Part shown: positions 1 through 6,958 of the stretch, piece by piece
Numbering within the stretch: position 1 is the stretch's first letter
Layout: the number at the start of each line of letters is the position of its first letter
From: an uncultured virus (IMG/VR IMGVR_UViG_3300020582_000004)
Taxonomy: Duplodnaviria; Heunggongvirae; Uroviricota; Caudoviricetes
Length of the DNA: 20,000 bases
Direction: 5' to 3' (one strand)
IMG/VR virus record: IMGVR_UViG_3300020582_000004
Program-made: the position numbers and the translations under genes
The notes under the pieces: generated by a model
Told to the model about the DNA's origin: nothing
What the model saw: the letters and a program-made list of their open reading frames with translations, nothing else
Databases searched by the model: none

Positions 1-67
1 CGCGCGGCTCGACTCCCATTGCCGCGTCAATCTCTTCTCTAGACTTCGGTGTCTGATCCATAGTCAT
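1..67 (-). CDS. 5' part of a hypothetical protein running off the window (MTMDQTPKSREEIDAAMGVEPR...)
   Basis: ATG at 67-65 lies 2 nt after the stop of the upstream gene; the frame is open to position 1. Confidence 0.55.
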   Translation of the reverse strand, partial: MTMDQTPKSREEIDAAMGVEPR

Positions 68-69
68 CC

Positions 70-453
70 TCAACGGTTGTTGTACGCGTTAGACGTGCTG
101 ATAAAGCGCTCTTTCCAACCCCAATCGTCCATCACATATTGGCTGTACTCGGTTGACGTGATGAGCACGTTCTCATCAATCGACATTTCGAGCATGCCGA
201 TCACACGATCGTAATCCTTTACGTGGTCCTCTGGAATGTCGAGATGAATCATGTGCTGCACCTCGAGCCCCTTTCGAGCGTCGTCGTACATCTTGGCAAC
301 GGTCTCGATAAGTGCTTTTCGATAACCCGCGTGCGCTGCTTCGTATTGTGCGTGATGCCCGTCGCGATTCTTTTTGAGCGCGTCGATGAGCGCGGATTTC
401 TTGACCACGATGTGCTGAATGCCTTTGATCGTTTCGGGAGCAGCCATGTTCAT
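70..453 (-). CDS. Conserved phage hypothetical protein (127 aa)
   Basis: ATGA-coupled; PEDHxxDYDRxIxMLEMS...QYVMDDWGW pattern resembles a widespread phage family of unknown function. Confidence 0.8.
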   Translation of the reverse strand: MNMAAPETIKGIQHIVVKKSALIDALKKNRDGHHAQYEAAHAGYRKALIETVAKMYDDARKGLEVQHMIHLDIPEDHVKDYDRVIGMLEMSIDENVLITSTEYSQYVMDDWGWKERFISTSNAYNNR

Positions 454-929
454 TCCTCTTTCTTTTCTTCTCGTAGCTTGAGATCTTCACCACAGAATTC
501 CGAGACAGCCTTGCTGAGATTCACGCCGTACTTATGAAACTCGAGAACCTTGGCGTGAACACAGTAAGGATTCATATCGAGATCCATATTGCAATACTTG
601 CATGTCGAGCATCGACCAGGATCAGTCCAGACGCTCATTTGCCGAGACCAGACCAGCGTGCGATTCGCCTCGAGACGCAAAAGCGTCTTGTCACGGGGCA
701 TCTTGCACACGTTCGCGCGGTAAATCGCCGCGCCTGCACACTGCGGGCCGTTGATCGCGTGGCAATCGATTCGCGAATCGCTATGAAGAGTCTGGACCCA
801 CTCTTCACGTGTAGCCGCTCCAAGCCACCCTGGAAGCGCCGTTCGAGCGAAGGGACAGTCGGTACACGGATGGGTGTGCTGGACGTTCGAGACGGGGGCT
901 TCGTCACTGATGATGGCTCTTCGAGTCAC
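450..929 (-). CDS. Cys-rich metal-binding protein, possibly a fusion of two genes
   Basis: PCxxCPF...GWLG...CH...QCAGA N-terminal part, then a second CxxCxxC...C unit starting at an internal Met (638). Confidence 0.75.
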   Translation of the reverse strand: MTRRAIISDEAPVSNVQHTHPCTDCPFARTALPGWLGAATREEWVQTLHSDSRIDCHAINGPQCAGAAIYRANVCKMPRDKTLLRLEANRTLVWSRQMSVWTDPGRCSTCKYCNMDLDMNPYCVHAKVLEFHKYGVNLSKAVSEFCGEDLKLREEKKEE

Positions 930-1258
930 GACTCGTCCTCCTTCTTTTCTTCCTTCACCCCTTCAATAGCTGCATCACGTGCATCGCCGCGTGCATTCCA
1001 GTCTTGGTTCCAGCGCGCCCAGTCATCACGATTCCGCGCGCCTGCGTCACGAAGCTGCTCAAGAGCGCTCTTTGCAAACTGTGCAGTCTCCAGGTTCGTC
1101 ACCGCGAGCTTCTGCCACTTGTTCGACATATGAAAGCAATAGGCGCAAGCGATCCATCCGAGCACGTTTTCCCAAGCAAGTGCCGTGGACGAAAACCAGA
1201 ATGACGCAGACACGCCAAACAGAATCACGATAAAGAACGCGATCTTCAAAATCTTCAT
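926..1258 (-). CDS. Small membrane protein (two hydrophobic segments plus helical tail)
   Basis: Hydrophobic N-terminal ~45 aa; ATGA overlaps at both ends. Confidence 0.7.
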   Translation of the reverse strand: MKILKIAFFIVILFGVSASFWFSSTALAWENVLGWIACAYCFHMSNKWQKLAVTNLETAQFAKSALEQLRDAGARNRDDWARWNQDWNARGDARDAAIEGVKEEKKEDES

Positions 1259-1512
1259 TCGTTCTTATCCGACTTGAGGAGACCATCACATGCAGCTTCA
1301 ACAGCTCGCACGGCTCTTTCAAACGAACGCATGTAACCTGACGCCTTCGCAAACTGCACTGCACGACGAGGTCTTTGCACGTACTCGAGCGGCGTCACCG
1401 AGTAACGCCAGCGAACTCCGTTCGCGGCCTTTGCGACGAGAAGGTAGTACCCGTCGCGAATACGTTCGCATGACAGCGTCTGCCAATCAGTAGAACGGCT
1501 CGCGCGACTCAC
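1255..1512 (-). CDS. Hypothetical protein (85 aa)
   Basis: GTGA/ATGA coupling with both neighbours. Confidence 0.65.
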   Translation of the reverse strand: MSRASRSTDWQTLSCERIRDGYYLLVAKAANGVRWRYSVTPLEYVQRPRRAVQFAKASGYMRSFERAVRAVEAACDGLLKSDKNE

Positions 1513-1763
1513 GGAGGTTTACCTCCCTTCGAGTAATCCGGCTTGAGATCAGCGTGACCGCCCCATTCCCTCGGCACTTTGGATATGTCGAGCGGCATGG
1601 CCTTCATGCGATGACATCGTTTGCACGAGACACGCTCTACAGGACGAAGCGGGATTCCGAGGTGCGAAACGTTGTTCGTGCCGCACGCACCACACACCCA
1701 TCGCATGTTCGGCTTGAAGATCGTTCCGAAAAGCTGCGTCTTCGGCATTTGTTCCGCTGTCAC
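1509..1763 (-). CDS. Zinc-ribbon protein (84 aa, GTG start)
   Basis: CGAC...CKRC pairs; GTG at 1763 is preceded by GGAGG and overlaps the upstream TGA. Confidence 0.65.
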   Translation of the reverse strand: MTAEQMPKTQLFGTIFKPNMRWVCGACGTNNVSHLGIPLRPVERVSCKRCHRMKAMPLDISKVPREWGGHADLKPDYSKGGKPP

Positions 1764-1882
1764 GTCGCCACCTCCGCACTCGGATTCTCTTTTTCCTTCT
1801 CCCATACGCAAAGACCGATGTGACCCGCAGGCTTGACGCACTGCTGAAACTCGGCGCTCGTCCAACCGCAGCGCTCAGTCAA
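1760..1882 (-). CDS. 40-aa Cys/His micro-protein (MTERCGWTSAEFQQCVKPAGHIGLC...)
   Basis: Not in the ORF track; TTG start overlaps the helicase stop, its TGA overlaps the next GTG, and it fills the gap exactly. Confidence 0.5.
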   Translation of the reverse strand: MTERCGWTSAEFQQCVKPAGHIGLCVWEKEKENPSAEVAT

Positions 1883-3693
1883 TGTTTCGTTTTTTCCTCG
1901 CCGAGGTCCATGGCATCGAGGAGTTTCTCTTTGCGTTCGAGGATGATCGCAACGCGTTGATCGATAGCATGAGCTGCATTCAAGATCGTAACGATGACAC
2001 CGCGCGTTTGTCCGATTCGAACTGCGCGGTCCTCTGCTTGAAGATTATTTGCTGGTACGAAGTCGCGATCCAGGAACATGACGTTCGCCGACTTGGTCAA
2101 CGTGACGCCGACGCCCATCGAGCCGATCGTTCCCGCGATACCACGAAGCTCACCACGCTGAAACTTTTCGACAAGCGCCGTCCGCTCGACATCGGACGTG
2201 CTTCCCGTGATGCACGCCCAGCCCTTTCGAGCCCCGAGCGAAATGATCGGATCGCGGTGATAGGAGAAAGCGATAACGGGTTCCTCGACTTGCTCGCATT
2301 CTTTGATCAAGTCGATGAGCGTCGAGAGCTTGAGCAGCGCAAGCTCTTTTCGGATCATCGAGAGCGCGCCGCCCGCGGCGCACTCTTCAAGCACCTTGTC
2401 ATCGGACCAATCTTGGAACTGGAGGAGCAGATTCTCGGTGAGCGTAACGAGCTTCGAGAGCGCACGTGACTCGACTTTGACCTCCACGATGCGACGCGTT
2501 TTGACCGGTAAGTCAGGAAGCACGTCGACGCGCATGCGACGAAGCATGACTGTTCCGAGACACTCACGCGCTTCGGGAGAAGCGTAGCCAGGACGCCATT
2601 CATAGCCACGAGGTTGGCCTTTGAACTCGAGCTTGCGACCGCCGAACATTTCGACGAAATCTTTCCAGCCTCCGAACGTGTCCCAAGCTCCGTCATCGAA
2701 TTGACCGCCTTGTCCTGGAAAGAGCTGACAGAGAGACCAAAGCTCAGGAGGATGATTCAGGAGCGGAGTACCTGTCAAAACCCATACAGAAGAACCGCGG
2801 CCCACGACTCCCGTACTGCATGCCGCTGCGATGGTGCGCACCGCGATCGTGCGTTGAGAATCTTTGTTTTTGCAGTAATGCCCCTCGTCGACCACGAGCT
2901 GCACGGAATGCTTCGCCGGAGGACCGATCCACACCCACTCGGGCCACGCGTCTTCGCGTTGTTGAAAACGCCTCATGGCTATCGTCATATCCGTTCTTGT
3001 GCATCGACCTCCGCGCTCAGGATCGCACTTGTCCGTCCAAGGCTGCTCCTGCTTCCGAGCAAAGAGAATTTCTTCGTCCTCGAGAGGTACGACAGAAAGA
3101 CGCCCGCAGTAAGGACAGCGCGTGCGCTTCTCGAGCCACTCATGCGGAAGCTGCGAATACGGAACGATGTTCAGCTCGCCGGGCTCGGGGAAAAGCGGAT
3201 ACGGGAAACCCCAGAGTCGCAAAGTGAAGTCCGGACGCCCACGTTGTGCTTCTTTTAACCAACTACCAACAACTACCGATGGAACTATAAAGAGCGCGCC
3301 TTTCCTAATGTCTAGTGCTGCTAATGAGGTAAAACTTTTTCCGGTCCCCATCTGATCAGCTAATAATGCACGCCTTCTAGAGCGTAAAAACTCAGCACCA
3401 ATTCGTTGATAGGGATAAAGCCTATTATCAGTGCACTTCCAGGCTGACGACCTTAGCGTCTCTGGCACACCTGATTTTGAACGAAGCTCGATGCCGTGCT
3501 TTTGCAAGGCCCCACATGCGCGCAGCGCAGCTTCGAGCGGCACCACGTAGTCGACGTTCGAGCCTTTCTTTTGACGAAGGCCGTACGGACCTAGGACTCG
3601 GCGAAAGAGCGCGGCGCCGCCAGCACTTGGCGAGAAGAGAGCAAGGCGCTCCCCATCAGCCCCCGTACCGAGTGCGACGCTCACCGCGGGCAT
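1879..3693 (-). CDS. SNF2-family (SF2) DNA helicase/ATPase
   Basis: Q motif LYPYQ, Walker A LLADQMGTGKS, motif II VVDEGH, motif III LTGTPLLN, motif VI QAEDRAVRIGQ. Confidence 0.95.
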   Translation of the reverse strand: MPAVSVALGTGADGERLALFSPSAGGAALFRRVLGPYGLRQKKGSNVDYVVPLEAALRACGALQKHGIELRSKSGVPETLRSSAWKCTDNRLYPYQRIGAEFLRSRRRALLADQMGTGKSFTSLAALDIRKGALFIVPSVVVGSWLKEAQRGRPDFTLRLWGFPYPLFPEPGELNIVPYSQLPHEWLEKRTRCPYCGRLSVVPLEDEEILFARKQEQPWTDKCDPERGGRCTRTDMTIAMRRFQQREDAWPEWVWIGPPAKHSVQLVVDEGHYCKNKDSQRTIAVRTIAAACSTGVVGRGSSVWVLTGTPLLNHPPELWSLCQLFPGQGGQFDDGAWDTFGGWKDFVEMFGGRKLEFKGQPRGYEWRPGYASPEARECLGTVMLRRMRVDVLPDLPVKTRRIVEVKVESRALSKLVTLTENLLLQFQDWSDDKVLEECAAGGALSMIRKELALLKLSTLIDLIKECEQVEEPVIAFSYHRDPIISLGARKGWACITGSTSDVERTALVEKFQRGELRGIAGTIGSMGVGVTLTKSANVMFLDRDFVPANNLQAEDRAVRIGQTRGVIVTILNAAHAIDQRVAIILERKEKLLDAMDLGEEKTKH

Positions 3694-3696
3694 GAC

Positions 3697-4101
3697 TCAC
3701 AGAGCCTTGTTCCCGTGACGAAAAGGTCGAGTTTTGTTGTAAGCCATCTTCTCGAGCACGATGCGCTCGAGATCGATTTCATGCTCTCCGCAGAAGTCGA
3801 AGACACGAATGACGATGTCCGCGATCTCACTCGCAACACCTACGGGCTTATGAGCGCACTCGTTCGTCCCATCGTCTGGATAACACCTCGGAGAACCGTA
3901 ACCGCCGCAATCTCCCTTTGGGTGTCTGCATTCGTATCGCACTTCTGCGACTTTACTTCCTTCACGAAACGCTTCGTAGGCCTCGCCGACTTCAGTCGTG
4001 ATGAGCATAAGCGCGTCTCCGACGGTGCGCTTGACGTCGTGAAAGCCGTGAGCTTTTGCGTTTGCGTAAGCCTCATCGCGAAGCTCGTTGAGCGATCTCA
4101 T
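3697..4101 (-). CDS. MazG-like nucleotide pyrophosphohydrolase (134 aa from ATG 4101)
   Basis: LITTEVGEAYEA and SEIADIVIRVFD acidic motifs, KMAYNKTRPFRHG tail; AAGGAG RBS before ATG 4101. Confidence 0.85.
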   Translation of the reverse strand: MRSLNELRDEAYANAKAHGFHDVKRTVGDALMLITTEVGEAYEAFREGSKVAEVRYECRHPKGDCGGYGSPRCYPDDGTNECAHKPVGVASEIADIVIRVFDFCGEHEIDLERIVLEKMAYNKTRPFRHGNKAL

Positions 4102-4316
4102 TATCGCGTTCTCCTTCCGCGTCGCGATGTGCTCGGCGACGAGAGCCTCATGCCGCACGCTTCGCGAATTTGACGCGCATGATCGAGCGCGTTCGTCTTC
4201 GAGCCATAAGAGGTAAGAGGTAACTCGGTAAAGCCCCGCGCTCCGACATACACAATGTGATTGCCTTGAGGACCGCCTTTTCGAACCCATGCCGTCACTG
4301 CGAAGTAGCTGCTCAT
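4101..4316 (-). CDS. Hypothetical protein (71 aa)
   Basis: ATGA and TAATG overlaps with neighbours; the 3' end frame is uncertain. Confidence 0.55.
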   Translation of the reverse strand: MSSYFAVTAWVRKGGPQGNHIVYVGARGFTELPLTSYGSKTNALDHARQIREACGMRLSSPSTSRRGRRTR

Positions 4317-4567
4317 GGCTTTTTCTCCTCTCCATTATTCTCTCGAGCAAGCTCTTCCCTTGCACGCATCAACGTCGCCGTTGAAAAAAGAGTCGCGTCC
4401 TCACGAATCCCGGCTTTCAAGGTCTTCTTTGCCAGCACGATCTCACGCTCGATGTACGCCTGAAACTCTTCTGGAGTTGGATGCCAGCGAGCTTTCTCGT
4501 ACCAGTCTTCCTTGGTGTTACCTCGCGAAGGCGTCAACGACGTTGCCGAATCATCACGTCTCTCCAT
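4313..4567 (-). CDS. Hypothetical protein (84 aa, MERRDDS...)
   Basis: ATG at 4567 sits just after the upstream stop; a longer start would overlap the upstream gene. Confidence 0.6.
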   Translation of the reverse strand: MERRDDSATSLTPSRGNTKEDWYEKARWHPTPEEFQAYIEREIVLAKKTLKAGIREDATLFSTATLMRAREELARENNGEEKKP

Positions 4568-4568
4568 C

Positions 4569-4994
4569 TCACTCACCTTTTCCGAGACCGATAATATATT
4601 CAAGTGCTTCCTCGTGCGACTCAAAGCGTACATCGGCCAGATCGCTAAAGATGCATTTGCGTGACGCGCCTGATACGACAATAGTCTTTGACGACTTCTG
4701 AACCAAGTCACGATAAGCCAGTGCGTGCCCAAGCTCCACCCATGCTCCCGTCGACGTAGATGTCACCTCGGGCTGCACAAGCCAGACAACACGAGCTTTG
4801 GCAACGCCTCCCAAGTCCGCAAGCGCCGCACTACGACGAATGCCGGGATCATCCGGCGAAGCATTTCCGACTTGACGCACCGGGACCGTCCAATCGAACG
4901 TGATCGTCCAACCAGCATCGAGCAATGCCGCTATAAAAACTTCAATCTCATCAATCTGAGCCGAGGCTCCCGCGACGTAAGCTTCTTTTCTCAC
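4569..4994 (-). CDS. Nucleoside 2-deoxyribosyltransferase / nucleotide N-hydrolase-like protein
   Basis: N-terminal YVAG, DW, DLxGV and STGAWVELGHALA motifs typical of the NDT fold with catalytic Glu. Confidence 0.75.
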   Translation of the reverse strand: MRKEAYVAGASAQIDEIEVFIAALLDAGWTITFDWTVPVRQVGNASPDDPGIRRSAALADLGGVAKARVVWLVQPEVTSTSTGAWVELGHALAYRDLVQKSSKTIVVSGASRKCIFSDLADVRFESHEEALEYIIGLGKGE

Positions 4995-5218
4995 GACGCG
5001 TTCTCGCTATCCGTGCGCATCGCCTCGCGCATGTAGCCCATGTAGTCCACGCTGATCGCGTTGAGCGCGTCCACGATAAACTGCGCATTGGCCTTGTCGT
5101 AGCAATGCGCGAGAGCGCAGTCCGTTCGAATGTACCTCACGCGATAACGAACACCTGGCGTGGGACCTGTCGTCACCGAGGCGTCTTTGATCGTCTCGAA
5201 ATCGTACTTCGCAGTCAT
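4991..5218 (-). CDS. Hypothetical protein (75 aa)
   Basis: Coupled overlaps; ANAQFIVDALN-type helix seen in small phage proteins. Confidence 0.65.
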   Translation of the reverse strand: MTAKYDFETIKDASVTTGPTPGVRYRVRYIRTDCALAHCYDKANAQFIVDALNAISVDYMGYMREAMRTDSENAS

Positions 5219-5421
5219 TTGGCACTTTCTCCTGCAGCTCTTCGAATTTGCCCAGCCAACGCATCAAGACATGCCGCGCAAAGCGGAAAGGGATCGCTAC
5301 GAGTGATGTGAAGGCACAAAACCATGCGCTCACATCCTACGCACTTGGTGTGCTCGTACCACTCGAATACGCGCGCAGTGGGCTTGATAGTCAGATCAAG
5401 ACTCATCACGTCACTCGTCAC
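5215..5421 (-). CDS. Small zinc-finger protein (68 aa)
   Basis: CVGC...LCAAC; GTG directly follows the upstream stop. Confidence 0.6.
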   Translation of the reverse strand: MTSDVMSLDLTIKPTARVFEWYEHTKCVGCERMVLCLHITRSDPFPLCAACLDALAGQIRRAAGESAK

Positions 5422-6459
5422 TCAGTGCAGAAGGCCGTGAATCTCGGCGTACCTACGGCGCTCGTGACGCGGAACGGTGTGCGGGATGTTTTTCTCCTGC
5501 ATCAAGGTCGTGATGTTCGCGGTCTCCCAGAACTTCTCACGCGTTGCCTCGCTCGCCTCGAGCCAGAGCTTTTGTGTGAGGAGCACATCGCCGATCGGTA
5601 CGCCGGAAGGCTGAATGCAGAACGAGCGAATGATGGAGCCTTTCTCATCGACCTGCTTCACGTTGCCATGAGAGCCGCGGTCGATGCGATAGCGCTCTTT
5701 CTTTCTGCCATCCGAAGAGGTGACCTCGATGTAGAAGCAATTCTTCTTTTCGAAGTCCTCGATCTGCTGCGGCGAGAGACAGAGACGCAAGAGGTCATCG
5801 GCACGCTTTTCGGCCATCTTTGCCGCGAGCGCTCGCTTCTCGGCTTCTTCGCGCGCGCGTTTTTCTTGCTCGAGAGCCGCGAGTAGCTCGGTGTCCGATA
5901 GCTTGCGACGCGAGTAGCGTTGAATGTTGGCCGCGTGATCGCCGGCTTCCTTGATACGCTCGTAACGATCAACCCATGCGTTCCAGGCGAAGTGATTGAT
6001 GGTGTTCGTGGAAGAGGTAATCGTATTGAACGGAAAATTGTTATACGTGACAGCGCTGGTAGACGTGTATTGAATGTTCCAAAGTGGCCACGTGTTGTTC
6101 ATGGTCGCCGCTCCAGTTCCGATCGTTTGCGTAATCGTATAATTCGCACAGGTGCCCGCCCATACCTCGATGATTGGCGGATACATCTCCTCGTACTTGC
6201 GACGCGCTTCGGCAATCTCCTCGTACTTGCGACGCGCTTCGGCAAGAGCTTGACGTTGCTGCAACTGTCGCTCTTCCAACTCAATACGAGCAGCAATGAC
6301 TTCACGCCGTCGCTGATCAGCGGCGAGTGAATTGATCGATACTGGCGGCGGAGGACCCGCGAGCGCGTTGATCGGCACAGGCGGAGTACCAGCATTGATC
6401 GGCACAGGCGGAGTTGCAGCTCGCAACTCCGCAGCCCCAACAACCTGTAGGCCTGGCAT
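5422..6459 (-). CDS. 345-aa protein: Pro-rich repeats, coiled coils, Thr/Asn-rich segment, globular C-terminal domain; partner of the GG-ending protein
   Basis: TGATG coupling at 6457-6461; C-terminal domain RADDLL..LSPQQ..RYRI..GNV..FCIQP..DVLLTQKLWLE..F..AN. Confidence 0.85.
   Translation of the reverse strand: MPGLQVVGAAELRAATPPVPINAGTPPVPINALAGPPPPVSINSLAADQRRREVIAARIELEERQLQQRQALAEARRKYEEIAEARRKYEEMYPPIIEVWAGTCANYTITQTIGTGAATMNNTWPLWNIQYTSTSAVTYNNFPFNTITSSTNTINHFAWNAWVDRYERIKEAGDHAANIQRYSRRKLSDTELLAALEQEKRAREEAEKRALAAKMAEKRADDLLRLCLSPQQIEDFEKKNCFYIEVTSSDGRKKERYRIDRGSHGNVKQVDEKGSIIRSFCIQPSGVPIGDVLLTQKLWLEASEATREKFWETANITTLMQEKNIPHTVPRHERRRYAEIHGLLH
6185..6245. repeat. Perfect 30-bp tandem duplication (AEARRKYEE x2)
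   Basis: atctcctcgtacttgcgacgcgcttcggca at 6185-6214 and 6215-6244. Confidence 0.95.
6368..6414. repeat. 27-bp-period repeat encoding TPPVPIN
   Basis: ttgatcggcacaggcggagt at 6368-6387 and 6395-6414; a degenerate third copy follows in the protein (PPPVSIN). Confidence 0.9.
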
Positions 6460-6734
6460 CAGCCGCCTGCTTGTGGCCGCGTAAAGATGATTCGCTCCGC
6501 GTTTGCGTCGAATTCCTTCATCTGCTCGCCTGGCTCGCCGTTCTTTCCAGTCACGCGAAACGCCGTGTAGCCTTTTGCGACCATGTCTTTAAAGGTACGA
6601 CGCGCATTTGCAACCTCGTCCTCGTTATCACGAGACCACATCACCTTCGTGTCGCCGGTCTCGTCCGTGATCGCCATCCAATGCTTGCCGTCGAACGGAG
6701 TCGTCATTGCCTCGGTCATGAGATCTGATGCCAT
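6459..6734 (-). CDS. Putative ubiquitin-like (beta-grasp) protein ending in Gly-Gly (91 aa)
   Basis: C-terminus ERIIFTRPQAGG*; the strand/helix pattern fits beta-beta-alpha-beta-beta-beta. The ORF is solid, the fold is inferred. Confidence 0.65.
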   Translation of the reverse strand: MASDLMTEAMTTPFDGKHWMAITDETGDTKVMWSRDNEDEVANARRTFKDMVAKGYTAFRVTGKNGEPGEQMKEFDANAERIIFTRPQAGG

Positions 6735-6758
6735 GGGATTCTCTCTTTCTTTTTCAAT

Positions 6759-6905
6759 TTCGGCATTCGAAAGAGGCAGAAGAAGCGAGTACTAATCGCT
6801 TCACGATCTAATCATCAACGCGTTAGTACCCGATAGCACCGGGTTATAAAACCCGACTCGGACGCCATGATGGATCATTTCCTTCTGCCTCTTGCGAATG
6901 TCGAA
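6759..6905. ncRNA. Candidate structured RNA (long closing stem, internal hairpins, kissing/pseudoknot pair)
   Basis: 6759-6782 vs 6882-6905 inverted repeat (22/24 Watson-Crick); hairpins 6782-6802 and 6840-6855; loop GTACTAA (6789-6795) is complementary to TTAGTAC (6823-6829). Confidence 0.6.
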
Positions 6906-6941
6906 GAAAGACGCACGGAGTCTACCAAGACTCCGTGCATC
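6903..6941 (-). terminator. Probable intrinsic terminator after the SSB-like gene
   Basis: Perfect 11-bp stem gcacggagtct/agactccgtgc (6913-6938), extendable to 14 bp with a G-U pair on the minus strand, followed by UUUCUUC. Confidence 0.6.
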
Positions 6942-6958
6942 CTTGCTGCACAATCCGC

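Noticed and set aside
2890..3130. Intein in the helicase
   Set aside because: Too short and lacks the C/S start and HN-C/S/T end motifs.
1882..3258. Long plus-strand ORFs (195 aa, 214 aa) and similar ones elsewhere, e.g. 12904-14127 (407 aa), 6935-7636, 5248-5886
   Set aside because: They are antisense shadows of GC3-rich minus-strand genes (few TTA/CTA/TCA codons), with no motifs or RBS.
4102..4365. 222-aa long form of the MazG-like ORF
   Set aside because: A good RBS and TAATG coupling favour ATG 4101; the extension overlaps two other coupled genes.
6459..6734. Pup or UBact assignment for the GG-ending protein
   Set aside because: Those end in GGE/GGQ and are disordered; this one ends in GG and looks folded, and no PafA/Dop gene is present.
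6759..6905. Retron msr-msd, tRNA or known riboswitch/ribozyme
   Set aside because: No reverse transcriptase in the window, no cloverleaf with T/D loops, and no complete hammerhead, SAM-I or c-di-GMP consensus recognisable by eye.
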